Position numbers and translations under genes: made by a program | Notes under the pieces: generated by a model | What the model was told of the DNA's origin: nothing | The model's input: the letters and a program-made list of their open reading frames with translations, nothing else | Database searches by the model: none | Source of the DNA: an uncultured Chitinophagales bacterium | GTDB lineage: Bacteria; Bacteroidota; Bacteroidia; Chitinophagales; BACL12 | NCBI GenBank assembly: GCA_964463165.1 | Contig: CAYXBK010000016.1 | Location: forward strand, 13,402 to 77,401 | Direction of reading: 5' to 3' | DNA: 64,000 nucleotides | Shown: positions 43,400 to 53,548 of the stretch, piece by piece | How the letters are laid out: every line of letters starts with the position of its first letter | Numbering within the stretch: position 1 is the first letter of the stretch

Positions 43400-45064
43400 A
43401 TGAAAAAGATCATCGAATGTGTTCCCAATTTCAGCGAAGGCCGCGACTTGAACATCATCAAACAAATTACCGATGCAATTGAAACGGTTGAAGGAATTAA
43501 ATTATTGGACGTTGATCCGGGTAAAGCAACAAACCGGACAGTTGTCACTTTTGTCGGTGAACCGGAGGCTGTTGTTGAGGCCGCTTTTCAGGCAATAAAA
43601 AAAGCAGCGGAAATCATCGATATGCGGAAACATAAAGGTGAACATCCGCGGATGGGTGCAACAGACGTATGCCCTTTTATTCCGGTAGCCAATGCCTCTA
43701 TGCAGGATTGTATCGATTGCGCAAAATTATTGGGCCAACGTGTGGGCGAAGAATTACATATTCCTGTGTATTTATATGAAAGTGCGGCAACATCTCCCGA
43801 ACGAAGAAACCTCGCAAATGTGCGTGCGGGTGAATATGAAGGCATTGAACAAAAAATAAAATTACCGGAATGGAAACCGGATTTCGGACCGGTTTCATTT
43901 AATCCGAAAACGGGAAATTGTATTATCGGAGCAAGAGATTTTTTAGTTGCCTTTAATGCGAATTTAAATACAACAAGTGTGCGTCGTGCAAATGCAATTG
44001 CATTTGATGTGCGTGAAAACGGAAGAGTGGATCCTTCCGGTAAACTGGATGAACATGGAGAACCTTTAAGAATTCCGGGCGCTTGTAAAAGTGTAAAAGC
44101 AATCGGCTGGTTTATTGAAGAATATGGAATTGCACAAGTGAGCATGAATTTAACGAATACGAATATTACGCCGGTGCATATTGCATTCGATGCTTGTGTG
44201 ACAAGCGCATACAACAGGGGCATGCGTGTAACCGGCGGTGAACTGGTTGGGTTAATTCCGTTGAAATGCATGCTGGATGCAGGAAAATATTTTCTGGAAA
44301 AACAGGAACGCAGCACCGGAGTAAGTGATGAAGAATTAATTAAGATCGCAATTAAAAGTATGGGACTGGATGAATTAAATCCATTTCATCCGGATGAAAA
44401 AATCATTGAATACAAATTATGGGGAAAAGAAAAATACGGTAAATTAATTTCAATGGACCTGCGCTCATTTGCAAATGAAACGGCAAGTGAGAGCCCCGCT
44501 CCCGGCGGCGGAAGTATTTCCGCTTATGTGGGTGCATTAGGTATCAGCCTCGCAACAATGGTGGCAAATTTATCTTCCCATAAAAAAGGATGGGATGCAC
44601 GCTGGAAAGAATTTTCAGATATAGCAGAAAAAGGCCAGCAATTAAAAGATCAGTTATTGAAAATGGTGGATGAGGATACAAATGCTTTTAATCAGATCAT
44701 GAATGCATTCGGTTTACCCAAAAATTCGGATGCAGAAAAAACAGCAAGAAAAAAAGCGATACAGGATGCAACAATGAATGCAATTGATATTCCGTTTAAG
44801 GTGATGGAATTAAGCCTGGAGAGCATGAATATCATTAAAGCAATGGCGGAAACCGGCAACCCGAATTCTGTAAGTGATGCAGGTGTGGGTGCACTATGCG
44901 CAAGAACTGCAGTGCTCGGCGCATTTTTGAATGTGAAAATAAATGCGGGGGGGTTAAGTGACAAACAATTTGCTTTAGAAAAAATAAATGCCGGGAAATT
45001 AATTGCAGATAAGGCGGAAATTCTGGAAAAAGAAATTCTGCAGATTGTTGAATCGAAAATGTAA
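43400..45064 (+). CDS. ftcD: Glutamate formimidoyltransferase / formimidoyltetrahydrofolate cyclodeaminase
   Basis: The N-terminal IECVPNFSEGRD marks the FTCD_N domain. The C-terminal ESPAPGGGSISAYVGALG marks the cyclodeaminase domain. 554 aa. Confidence 0.9.
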   Translation: MKKIIECVPNFSEGRDLNIIKQITDAIETVEGIKLLDVDPGKATNRTVVTFVGEPEAVVEAAFQAIKKAAEIIDMRKHKGEHPRMGATDVCPFIPVANASMQDCIDCAKLLGQRVGEELHIPVYLYESAATSPERRNLANVRAGEYEGIEQKIKLPEWKPDFGPVSFNPKTGNCIIGARDFLVAFNANLNTTSVRRANAIAFDVRENGRVDPSGKLDEHGEPLRIPGACKSVKAIGWFIEEYGIAQVSMNLTNTNITPVHIAFDACVTSAYNRGMRVTGGELVGLIPLKCMLDAGKYFLEKQERSTGVSDEELIKIAIKSMGLDELNPFHPDEKIIEYKLWGKEKYGKLISMDLRSFANETASESPAPGGGSISAYVGALGISLATMVANLSSHKKGWDARWKEFSDIAEKGQQLKDQLLKMVDEDTNAFNQIMNAFGLPKNSDAEKTARKKAIQDATMNAIDIPFKVMELSLESMNIIKAMAETGNPNSVSDAGVGALCARTAVLGAFLNVKINAGGLSDKQFALEKINAGKLIADKAEILEKEILQIVESKM

Positions 45065-45068
45065 CCGG

Positions 45069-45962
45069 ATGTTTGTATATCCCTATGCTGCTATAACACT
45101 CTTACTGCTTTTTATTTTTTTCTTTTTTCTGCAACGCAACAAAAACTATTTCAGTTTTTACTGGTGTTTGCAATTGATGCATTTCCTGCTCCTGTTCGGT
45201 TTTCTTTGGGTAATGGGCGCCTGGCCCTATATCGGAACATGGTTGCGTTATGTTTTGGCAGCATTTTTCGGATTTTGGCTGATTAAAAATTTCAGAAAAA
45301 GAAAAACCGGCCCACAAAAGAAAACACCTGTATTTCCAACCGTACTTTATTTTTTATTGATATTGATTTTACTTCCCGGTTATAAGGAAATTTATAATTC
45401 AACACATACCGATCAGGAAATTATTGATCTTGCATTTCCTTTGAAAAATGGAAAATTCATTATCGAACAGGGTGGCGACAGCAGGCTTACAAATCTTTCA
45501 CACAGGTATCGCATTCCGGATTCACATGCATTGGATATTATCGGGCTGAATCGTTTTGGTTTTCGCGGTAATAAAATATTTTCAAAAAATGTTGAGGATT
45601 ATTCAATTTACGGCGATACGGTATATAGTCCCTGCGATTGTACCGTACTGGACACCGGTAATGGCATCGAAGATAATATTCCTCCCAAAATGGAAACTGT
45701 GCACCGCGGCGGAAATTATGTCAGGCTGAAAAACGGCGATATCACAATTTTACTTGCGCATCTTCAAATTAATTCAATTAAAGTAAAAAAAGGACAGAAA
45801 TTAAAAGCCGGCACACCGATCGGCCTGGTGGGCAATACGGGTTTTTCCATTGAACCGCATCTGCATATCCAGGCATATAAAAAAGAAATTTACGGAAGAA
45901 ATCAGGTTGCGATGCGTTTTAACAATCGTCCGCTAAAAATTAATGATATTGTAAGTAATTAA
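45069..45962 (+). CDS. M23-family metallopeptidase with N-terminal TM helices
   Basis: GNTGFSIEPHLHIQ and HRGGNYVRL are M23 motifs. The ATG at 45069 is preferred because the 45003 start would overlap ftcD. Confidence 0.8.
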   Translation: MFVYPYAAITLLLLFIFFFFLQRNKNYFSFYWCLQLMHFLLLFGFLWVMGAWPYIGTWLRYVLAAFFGFWLIKNFRKRKTGPQKKTPVFPTVLYFLLILILLPGYKEIYNSTHTDQEIIDLAFPLKNGKFIIEQGGDSRLTNLSHRYRIPDSHALDIIGLNRFGFRGNKIFSKNVEDYSIYGDTVYSPCDCTVLDTGNGIEDNIPPKMETVHRGGNYVRLKNGDITILLAHLQINSIKVKKGQKLKAGTPIGLVGNTGFSIEPHLHIQAYKKEIYGRNQVAMRFNNRPLKINDIVSN

Positions 45963-47083
45963 TTTGCCTTCTTCAATACTGCACCAAACATTGTATCACC
46001 ACCTTCCTGTGCATATGGAAGATAGGTTGCATTTATTAATTCAAGGTTCAGATTTTCCATGAACCATTGAATTTGCTTTTCGTTTTCATCTGCGTAAACA
46101 GAACAGGTAATATAAATTAATTTTCCACCCGGCTTTAATTTTTCAACAGCATTACTTACGATCAAACGTTGCAGCCGAATATAATTTTCAAGCTGTTCCT
46201 TTTTAAAAAAGGAAAGCCATTCCGGTGATCTGCCCCAAGTACCTGAACCGCTGCATGGCACATCGGCAAGAATGCAATCAAATTCAGGCACCCGCTTCAG
46301 TGATTCTTTTTTCGTGAGGTCTGCTAAAAATAAATTGTAATTGCGAATACCGGAGCGATTGAAACGCTCCCGCAAATTATTTAAAATGGATTCACGGTTA
46401 TCGGAAATAAATAATTGTATCTGCGGTTGGACTTCCAGTAATAAAAGCGACTTCCCTCCTGCCCCGGCACAACAATCCCACCACGATTCATTTTTTTGCG
46501 GGTTCAACAATGCAATTGTTTTTTGCGATGCGATATCATGTATCTCGAAATAACCTTTTGTAAATGTTTCAAGCTGATCAAGCGGATAGGATTTACTAAA
46601 TGCAATTGTTCCTTCCTCCACCTGCTCAAATAAATATTGCCGTGATCTTAATTCTGAAAGCACATCATTTTCAAATCCTTTTTTACAACGGATCCAGATT
46701 TTCGGCTGCACAAAATGCGAAATAAAAAAAGCATCCTTATCAATTTCAGTTGAGACATGTTCTGCCAGTGGAAAATAATCTTCAAATAGTACGTTTTGCA
46801 GTTGTTCATCTTTTGCTTTTTTTGCAATCCAGTATGCATAAAAACCATTTCCGAATTCAGTTCCTTTAGCCCCCGCAATGAGCATTGCTTCTGGGAAATC
46901 TGCAGTTCGTTTTCCTTTTAATCTGAAATAGCCGAAAACCAGGGCAGATAAAATTTTACGGTCTTTTGAACCCATGTTTTTATGTTCCCTGAAATAATTT
47001 TTCAAATGCATATGCAATGGCAGCGCATTCGTAAAACTGCTGATCACATCCATTGCATTGCGCATTTGTATATCCTCACGCAT
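45959..47083 (-). CDS. RsmB/NOP2-family SAM-dependent RNA m5C methyltransferase
   Basis: DCCAGAGGKS is the SAM-binding motif. DVPCSGSGTW is motif IV (PC) and YITCSV is motif VI (TC). Confidence 0.8.
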   Translation of the reverse strand: MREDIQMRNAMDVISSFTNALPLHMHLKNYFREHKNMGSKDRKILSALVFGYFRLKGKRTADFPEAMLIAGAKGTEFGNGFYAYWIAKKAKDEQLQNVLFEDYFPLAEHVSTEIDKDAFFISHFVQPKIWIRCKKGFENDVLSELRSRQYLFEQVEEGTIAFSKSYPLDQLETFTKGYFEIHDIASQKTIALLNPQKNESWWDCCAGAGGKSLLLLEVQPQIQLFISDNRESILNNLRERFNRSGIRNYNLFLADLTKKESLKRVPEFDCILADVPCSGSGTWGRSPEWLSFFKKEQLENYIRLQRLIVSNAVEKLKPGGKLIYITCSVYADENEKQIQWFMENLNLELINATYLPYAQEGGDTMFGAVLKKAN

Positions 47084-47154
47084 ATTTGAATCCGATTCCC
47101 GTTTAAAAAGTAAATGAAATTATTTGTGGTCCATGACGCAGGAAAGTAAGATTA

Positions 47155-47394
47155 CTATTTTGCGTCATCGTCATTGATCATAAAAGAAAGTGCGCCGGAA
47201 GGGCATTTATTTACCTGATTGATGATCTGTTCAGAAGTTGCGCCATCCATTTTTATCCATGGCCTTTCCCTGTTGTTAAAAACAGAAGGTAACCCTCTTA
47301 CGCAATTCCCCGAATGCCGGCAAAGTTTAGGTTGCCAGATGACTGTCACCTCACCATTTGTATAAAAATGTTTTTCAATTGCCATAAAGTGCAT
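47155..47394 (-). CDS. Small (4Fe-4S)-binding-type protein
   Basis: CRHSGNC...CPSGAL cysteine pattern in a 79-aa ORF typical of divergent mono-cluster ferredoxin-like domains. Confidence 0.55.
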   Translation of the reverse strand: MHFMAIEKHFYTNGEVTVIWQPKLCRHSGNCVRGLPSVFNNRERPWIKMDGATSEQIINQVNKCPSGALSFMINDDDAK

Positions 47395-47466
47395 TGTTCA
47401 TGAAACCAAAATTAATATATCAAAGTTTAGAAACAAATTATTGTTTTACTTTGCAAAAAAACAGGC

Positions 47467-48273
47467 ATGCAAAAAACAACTGAAGCGGAATCGAAATACA
47501 GGCATCTTGAAAATATGTCCACTTCAGAGATATTGCGCTCCATGAATGCAGAAGATAAAACAGTGCCGCTAGCCATCGAAAAAGCATTGCCCCAAATTGA
47601 AAAGCTCGCGGATGAAATTGCCGACAAATTATTGAGTGGTGGCCGTTTGTTTTATATCGGTGCGGGCACATCCGGCAGGTTGGGAATTGTTGACGCCAGT
47701 GAATGCCCTCCCACTTTCGGGGTAGAGCAGGGATTGGTGGTTGGTATTATTGCCGGTGGCGATTCTGCAATCAGAAAAGCAGTTGAATTTGCTGAAGATA
47801 ATTTAAACGGCGCCTGGATTGATTTACAAAAACATACGATCAGTACAAAAGATATAGTTGTAGGAATTGCCGCATCGGGCACTACTCCATACGTGGTTGG
47901 AGGATTAATGAAATGCAGGGATGAAAAAATTACAACAGGCTGTATTGTATGTAATTATAATTCACCGGTTGCAGCACATTCCGATTTTCCGGTTGAAGTA
48001 CATGTGGGACCCGAATTTGTTACCGGATCAACAAGATTAAAAAGCGGTACGGCACAAAAATTAGTTTTAAATATGTTGTCGACAACAGTCATGATAAAAC
48101 TCGGACGTGTTGAAGACAATAAAATGGTAAACATGCAATTAACCAATAATAAATTAGTTGAACGCGGAACACAAATGGTGATGCATGCCTTGCAAACTGA
48201 TCATGAAACTGCACAAAAATATTTACTTGAAACCGGATCGGTGAAGAAGGCGATCGGGAAATACAGGAAGTGA
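47467..48273 (+). CDS. murQ: N-acetylmuramic acid 6-phosphate etherase
   Basis: SIS domain LFYIGAGTSGRLGIVDASECPPTFG and GSTRLKSGTAQK are the MurQ signature. Confidence 0.9.
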   Translation: MQKTTEAESKYRHLENMSTSEILRSMNAEDKTVPLAIEKALPQIEKLADEIADKLLSGGRLFYIGAGTSGRLGIVDASECPPTFGVEQGLVVGIIAGGDSAIRKAVEFAEDNLNGAWIDLQKHTISTKDIVVGIAASGTTPYVVGGLMKCRDEKITTGCIVCNYNSPVAAHSDFPVEVHVGPEFVTGSTRLKSGTAQKLVLNMLSTTVMIKLGRVEDNKMVNMQLTNNKLVERGTQMVMHALQTDHETAQKYLLETGSVKKAIGKYRK

Positions 48274-48362
48274 AAGGTAAATATTTTTTACTGAAAATAA
48301 AATCTCCAAAAATTTTTTTCTTCTGAAAATACAGAATAATTTTTCAACGTTAGAGATGCTGT

Positions 48363-48938
48363 ATGCAGGAACTAGAACCCTATTATAACTGGCGGGAATA
48401 TTATACATCCGAAGAAGATGAACAAAGTCCTTTTTATGGAAAGGAATACAGTGAATTTGAATTCTCAAATGCGATCTATAATTATTTTATTCATCCGCAA
48501 TGGGATGAGTTCGGTTCGGCAACATTATATCTTAAAGTATTGTTTGCTGATTATGAACAACAGGTGATGATCATCGAACTGATCGGCGAATGGAACGACT
48601 GCCTCTATAATGATATTATGTTTTTAAAAAGAGATGTGATTGATGAGTTTTCCTATCACGGAATAAATAAATTTATTTTGATCGGGGAAAATGTGCTGAA
48701 TTTCCACGGCGGAGATGAAGATTATTATGAAGAATGGTTCGACGAACTGGAAGACGGCTGGATTGCTTTCGTAAATTTTCGTGATCACGTGGAAGATGAA
48801 CTGATCCGGGCACATATCGATAAATACGTTTTATTGGGTGCACCGCTCAATAATCTGAACTGGCGGAAATACAAACCACAGGCACTGGCATTGCTGGTTG
48901 AAAATACTTTTCAAAAAAGACTTGGTGTCGGAAAATAA
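48363..48938 (+). CDS. Hypothetical acidic protein
   Basis: 191-aa ORF with no motif. Confidence 0.45.
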   Translation: MQELEPYYNWREYYTSEEDEQSPFYGKEYSEFEFSNAIYNYFIHPQWDEFGSATLYLKVLFADYEQQVMIIELIGEWNDCLYNDIMFLKRDVIDEFSYHGINKFILIGENVLNFHGGDEDYYEEWFDELEDGWIAFVNFRDHVEDELIRAHIDKYVLLGAPLNNLNWRKYKPQALALLVENTFQKRLGVGK

Positions 48939-49075
48939 ATAGATATCCCTCTTCTGCTTTTACGAGTGAGAGAAGTGTGATGTCTAAAATCTTTTCAAAT
49001 TTTTTTTAAAGTCGGATTCCTTTTCCTTTATTGGTTAAACTAGTTTTACTTTTATACGGTCAACCAAAATCAGCA

Positions 49076-49636
49076 ATGCCTTATATTCCGTTAGAAGAAC
49101 ATCTGCCCGGCATAACCGGCCTCCTCGAATACAGCCCGATTACCGGCGCACCCATCCGCGAACTCACACAGGTATTATTGCGTGGGCCTTCCACGCTTAC
49201 CGAAGGTGAACGTGAATTAATCGCGACGATTGTTTCCTATACAAATCAATGCACATTTTGTATGACTGCCCATACCGCCGCCGCCGATATTCTTTTGGGT
49301 GATCCGGAAATTGCAGAAAAAATAAAACAGGATATTTCATCCGCACCCGTGAGTGAAAAAATGAAAGCATTGTTAACCATTGCATCCATGGTTGCCGAAA
49401 GCGGAAAAAGTGTTACGCAGGAGGCGATTGATCTGGCAAAAGAAAATGGTGCAACTGATCTTGAAATTCACGATACGGTTTTGATTGCCGCTTTATTTTG
49501 TTTGTACAACAGATATGTGGATGGACTAGCAACTGTAACGCCAGCCGATCCTGAATTTTATAAAGGAATGGCAGAGCGGTTAAAAAATAATGGCTACAAC
49601 AGATTGAAACAAGGTTATGATCATTTGAAAAAATAA
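49076..49636 (+). CDS. Carboxymuconolactone decarboxylase (CMD)/peroxidase-related family protein
   Basis: GERELIATIVSYTNQCTFCMTAH and TDLEIHDTVLIAALFCLYNRYVDGL. The ATG at 49076 is preferred over the TTG at 49031. Confidence 0.75.
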   Translation: MPYIPLEEHLPGITGLLEYSPITGAPIRELTQVLLRGPSTLTEGERELIATIVSYTNQCTFCMTAHTAAADILLGDPEIAEKIKQDISSAPVSEKMKALLTIASMVAESGKSVTQEAIDLAKENGATDLEIHDTVLIAALFCLYNRYVDGLATVTPADPEFYKGMAERLKNNGYNRLKQGYDHLKK

Positions 49637-49638
49637 AA

Positions 49639-50883
49639 GTGAGCCGGACAGAAATGCCTAATAAATTCTCAGCAGCTTATTTATATTCCGTTTTTGCAAT
49701 TTGTTTTGCCGGTGGTGTTTTTGGTGGTGTTACATCAACTTTAATGTCGTCTTACCTGCCGGTAGCTGTTAAAGATTTATCAGGTGAATCAACTTCAGAA
49801 AGAAATGATCAGGTAAGTGCGGTAATTAATTCTGTTTATTTATTCGGGATGATGTTCGGTGGAATTATTCTAGGAATTCTCGGAGATAAACACGGCAGAA
49901 AATTATCTGTTCAGCTATCCATTTTATTTCTCGGATTATTTACGGTGCTCACCGCAACTGCTTCCAGTTGGCCCCTTCTTGTTGTGTTCCGTTTTCTCAC
50001 AGGCTTCGGAGTTGGTGGTGTCCTCACCACAACAACGATTTTAATTGATGAAATATGGACTGCTAAAAATAAAGCGGTTGCTTTGGGAATATTATCCATC
50101 ACAATTCCGGTCGGGATATTTTCAGCCGGATTAATTACATATAATATCTTAAACTGGCGCACCGGGTTTTTAATCGGAATTATTCCGGTTCTCCTCGCAA
50201 TAATTTCCCACTGGTTAATTCCGGAATCAGAGAAATGGAAATTAAATAAAGAGTTGAGAAAAACAAATAAAAAAATAAAAGTGAATGTATTTCAGAAAGA
50301 AACCAGGAAAGATTTAGTTATCGGATGCATAATTTACGGATCCATGCTGATTGGTTTATGGGCCGTTTTTTCATGGCTGCCGACATGGGTACAATCATTA
50401 TTAAAAGATTCCGACGGGCAGAAGGAACGAGGCATCAGCATGATGCTGTTTGCAATCGGTGGATTATCAGGCGGATTTATTTCAGGCTGGGTGAGCAATG
50501 CGATCGGTATGAAAAAATCGATGATCATTTGTTTTGCCGCAACTTTTATCTGCAGCTTTATTTTATTCAAATTAAACACAACCATTACCATTTTCAGTTA
50601 TATCGAAATGGCGGTGATCGCTTTATTTTTCGGCATCAGCCAGGGTGTTTTGAATGTGTATATTCCCGAATTATTCCCCGTCAATATCCGCTCCTCGGCA
50701 ACAGGTTTCAGTTTTAATGCAGGCAGAATATTTACGGCTTCTGTTGTATTTTTTGTCGGCTGGCTCGTAAATACCCTGGGAGGTTACGGAAATGCATTAT
50801 TTATTTTTTCCTTTATTTTCCTGATCGGATTGATCACAACATTTTTTGCAAAAGAAAAAAAATTAATTCCACAAACAATTTAA
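49639..50883 (+). CDS. MFS transporter
   Basis: 12 predicted TM helices and the MFS loop motif GILGDKHGRK. GTG start; an alternative ATG lies at 49654. Confidence 0.8.
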   Translation: MSRTEMPNKFSAAYLYSVFAICFAGGVFGGVTSTLMSSYLPVAVKDLSGESTSERNDQVSAVINSVYLFGMMFGGIILGILGDKHGRKLSVQLSILFLGLFTVLTATASSWPLLVVFRFLTGFGVGGVLTTTTILIDEIWTAKNKAVALGILSITIPVGIFSAGLITYNILNWRTGFLIGIIPVLLAIISHWLIPESEKWKLNKELRKTNKKIKVNVFQKETRKDLVIGCIIYGSMLIGLWAVFSWLPTWVQSLLKDSDGQKERGISMMLFAIGGLSGGFISGWVSNAIGMKKSMIICFAATFICSFILFKLNTTITIFSYIEMAVIALFFGISQGVLNVYIPELFPVNIRSSATGFSFNAGRIFTASVVFFVGWLVNTLGGYGNALFIFSFIFLIGLITTFFAKEKKLIPQTI

Positions 50884-50884
50884 T

Positions 50885-51436
50885 ATGGCATATATCAAAT
50901 TAGAAGAAGGTTTATACGGCATCCGCGGCCCGATGGCATTCAGACCCGAAACGGCAAAGCCAATTAATGAACTCGCAGAAATATTATTGCGCAACGATGA
51001 TAATACACTCAGCCGCGGCGACCGCGAATTAATTGCAACCTATGTCTCTTATCTCAACGATTGTTTTTTCTGCCAGAATGCACATGGCGCCCTTGCGCAA
51101 CATTATATGCAATGCGATATGCAGTTTCTCGATCAGATCAAAATGGATTTTAATGCAATGCCCATTACTGATAAAATGAAATCGTTGCTTGCAATTGCCG
51201 GCAGTGTGCAGAAAGGCGGAAAATATGTAACACCCGAACAAATTGAAAAAGCCCGCGGGCTCGGCGCCACAGATAAAGAAATTCACGACACCGTTTTGAT
51301 CGCTGCCATGTTCTGCATGTGCAACCGCTATGTCGACGGATTAAATACACCTGCAAATCCGGATCGCAATTATTATGTCAATCGCGGAAAAATTCGGGCG
51401 GAAGAAGGGTATATTGATTTTGATCTGTATAAGTAG
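50885..51436 (+). CDS. CMD/peroxidase-related family protein, paralogue of 49076-49636
   Basis: GDRELIATYVSYLNDCFFCQNAH and TDKEIHDTVLIAAMFCMCNRYVDGL. Confidence 0.75.
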   Translation: MAYIKLEEGLYGIRGPMAFRPETAKPINELAEILLRNDDNTLSRGDRELIATYVSYLNDCFFCQNAHGALAQHYMQCDMQFLDQIKMDFNAMPITDKMKSLLAIAGSVQKGGKYVTPEQIEKARGLGATDKEIHDTVLIAAMFCMCNRYVDGLNTPANPDRNYYVNRGKIRAEEGYIDFDLYK

Positions 51437-51629
51437 ATAATGGTATTGAGATGCAAGTAGTGAGATCTGCGATATTTTCAGCGGAAATTATTTTCGGTTT
51501 TAATTGTCATTTAATTCTCGCTCCAAAGTAACCTTTGCGTATTCATTCAGATTTTATATAATTAAAAGTGATTTCCGCATAATCATCTGAAATTAAAAAT
51601 ACGGAATTTAGCAGTCAAATCAAATCATC

Positions 51630-52097
51630 ATGCAGGAAACAATTTCAGAACTCGAGCATCTCATCGCAGATTTTTCAAAAAAATTTGAATCAATATCCGA
51701 ATCTCAATTTAAACATAAGGTAAGCCCGGATAAATGGAGCCACCAGGAAGTGCTCGGGCATTTGATTGATTCGGCACATAATAATCTGCGCAGGTTTATT
51801 GTAGGGCAATATCAGCAGAATGATAAAATTGTTTATGATCAGGATTTCTGGAACATGATCAATGATTATAATCAAATACCGAAACAGAATGTGATTGATT
51901 TATGGGCGTTGATGAATAAAAGAATCTGCACCGTCTTAAAAAATATGCCTGCGGATAAATACCAAAATACCATAGATACGGGTAAAGACACCATCTCCCC
52001 GAAAACTTTGATCTGGCTTGCTGAAGATTATGTAAAACATATGAAGCATCATTTTAATCAGATGATTCCGGGCTCATTTGATGTAGAGTATCATTGA
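51630..52097 (+). CDS. DinB-family protein
   Basis: WSHQEVLGHLIDSAHNN ... HMKHH is the DinB_2 histidine-triad layout. Confidence 0.75.
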   Translation: MQETISELEHLIADFSKKFESISESQFKHKVSPDKWSHQEVLGHLIDSAHNNLRRFIVGQYQQNDKIVYDQDFWNMINDYNQIPKQNVIDLWALMNKRICTVLKNMPADKYQNTIDTGKDTISPKTLIWLAEDYVKHMKHHFNQMIPGSFDVEYH

Positions 52098-52192
52098 TTC
52101 GTTAATTAGCATATTAGCAAATTGGCTTTCATCAAAAAAAAATCCCGCAGACTTAAAATAAAATCTGCGGGAAAAAATATGTAATCTTTTAA

Positions 52193-53530
52193 TTATTGTC
52201 CTTCATCATAAGGAATCGGGTATTGCACCCACACGTCATCACCTGCACGATCGATCGGTAAATCTCCAAGCTTATTATAACGACGCATATCAATCCAGCG
52301 GTGTCCTTCTGCAAATAAAGAATATCTCCGCTGTTTTAATATTTCGTTGATCAGTTCATCTTCCGACATACCGCCACCATAAGGTGCAAGTCCTGCTGAT
52401 GCACGAATGATATTTATTGATGCAACTGCACCACCGGCATCACCTGATCTTGCTTTTGCTTCCGCATCAATTAAAATCAATTCCTCATTTCTGATAATAC
52501 AGATCGGCGCATCACTTGTTTGCCAAACCCATACATCATAATCAGAAGTTAAATCATCCTGAAATGCAGGTTCATCACGCAATACTGCTTTTGCCAAACG
52601 CAGATCACCGGCTTCAGCATCAGCTACCCAACTATTATGTGCACACCTTGCATTTCCACCCGGAGATGAATTAAGCGGATAAAAAAGAGGATTTAAAATA
52701 TCACCTGCACCGGAAGAATAAATATTCCATGTTCCAACTGAAAGCGGTCCGGCAAGATCTAAAAATGATTCGCCAAGTGCCGTTAATGTGCCTGCATCAT
52801 CTCCGCGATACAACAACACACGTGCTGCAATTGCACGATTAAACTGGCGGAATGTTGCCGGCGAATCAAAACCTGCAAATCCTGCAGACAAAACAAATCG
52901 GAAAGCATCTCCTGAATTGTCGAGATCTGTTGCTGCTTCATTTAATAATGCAATAATTCCCTGCAATGCATCATCGTATCCGACAAATGGTCCTAAATTA
53001 TCAGGGTCTTCCGTATCTAAACGGATACCGCCTTCATACGTCATATTTAAATTGAGCAGCATCTGATAAGCCTGAATTGTTTTTGCAAAACCCAGGTAAC
53101 CATTTTTTTCTTCATCAGTTAATGCAGCAGTTGTATTTGCAATTGCATGACGCAATATCCATCCGTTTGTTACAACACGATATCTGCTTGCCCAGGGATT
53201 ACTTAAATAAAATGTATTGTTATCGAGTTCGGATTCACCTTTACCAAGTAAATCTGCAGTGAAACGCGGATCGGCACCGGAGAAGCGATAAAAATCACGT
53301 CCGATAATACCGACACCGTCGAGATAAGTATCGAGCGAAGGCCGCATACCTGCTTCCATTCCCGTTACCAGATTATTTAATTCGTCGATTGTTGCATCAG
53401 CTTCAATACCTTCAAGACTTGGATTATTTGGATCTACCAGCTCGTCGATTGTACAGGAATTAAATCCTGTAACCATAATTGTTGCCATTGATGCGGCAAT
53501 TAAATATGGTTTTATGTTGCGTAAGTTCAT
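52193..53530 (-). CDS. susD: SusD/RagB-family nutrient-binding outer-membrane lipoprotein
   Basis: A lipoprotein signal (GFNSC) and the C-terminal RRYSLFAEGHRWIDMRRY, located directly downstream of a SusC-like gene. Confidence 0.85.
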   Translation of the reverse strand: MNLRNIKPYLIAASMATIMVTGFNSCTIDELVDPNNPSLEGIEADATIDELNNLVTGMEAGMRPSLDTYLDGVGIIGRDFYRFSGADPRFTADLLGKGESELDNNTFYLSNPWASRYRVVTNGWILRHAIANTTAALTDEEKNGYLGFAKTIQAYQMLLNLNMTYEGGIRLDTEDPDNLGPFVGYDDALQGIIALLNEAATDLDNSGDAFRFVLSAGFAGFDSPATFRQFNRAIAARVLLYRGDDAGTLTALGESFLDLAGPLSVGTWNIYSSGAGDILNPLFYPLNSSPGGNARCAHNSWVADAEAGDLRLAKAVLRDEPAFQDDLTSDYDVWVWQTSDAPICIIRNEELILIDAEAKARSGDAGGAVASINIIRASAGLAPYGGGMSEDELINEILKQRRYSLFAEGHRWIDMRRYNKLGDLPIDRAGDDVWVQYPIPYDEGQ

Positions 53531-53548
53531 TGTTCGATTTTTTTTGAA

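Noticed and set aside
43588-44316. 242-aa antisense ORF within ftcD, and similar antisense or alternate-frame ORFs in ardC (17162-17653), primase (15206-15721), MFS (50325-50717) and SusC
   Set aside because: Each lies entirely inside a longer gene with strong family motifs on the other strand or frame, and none has motifs of its own.
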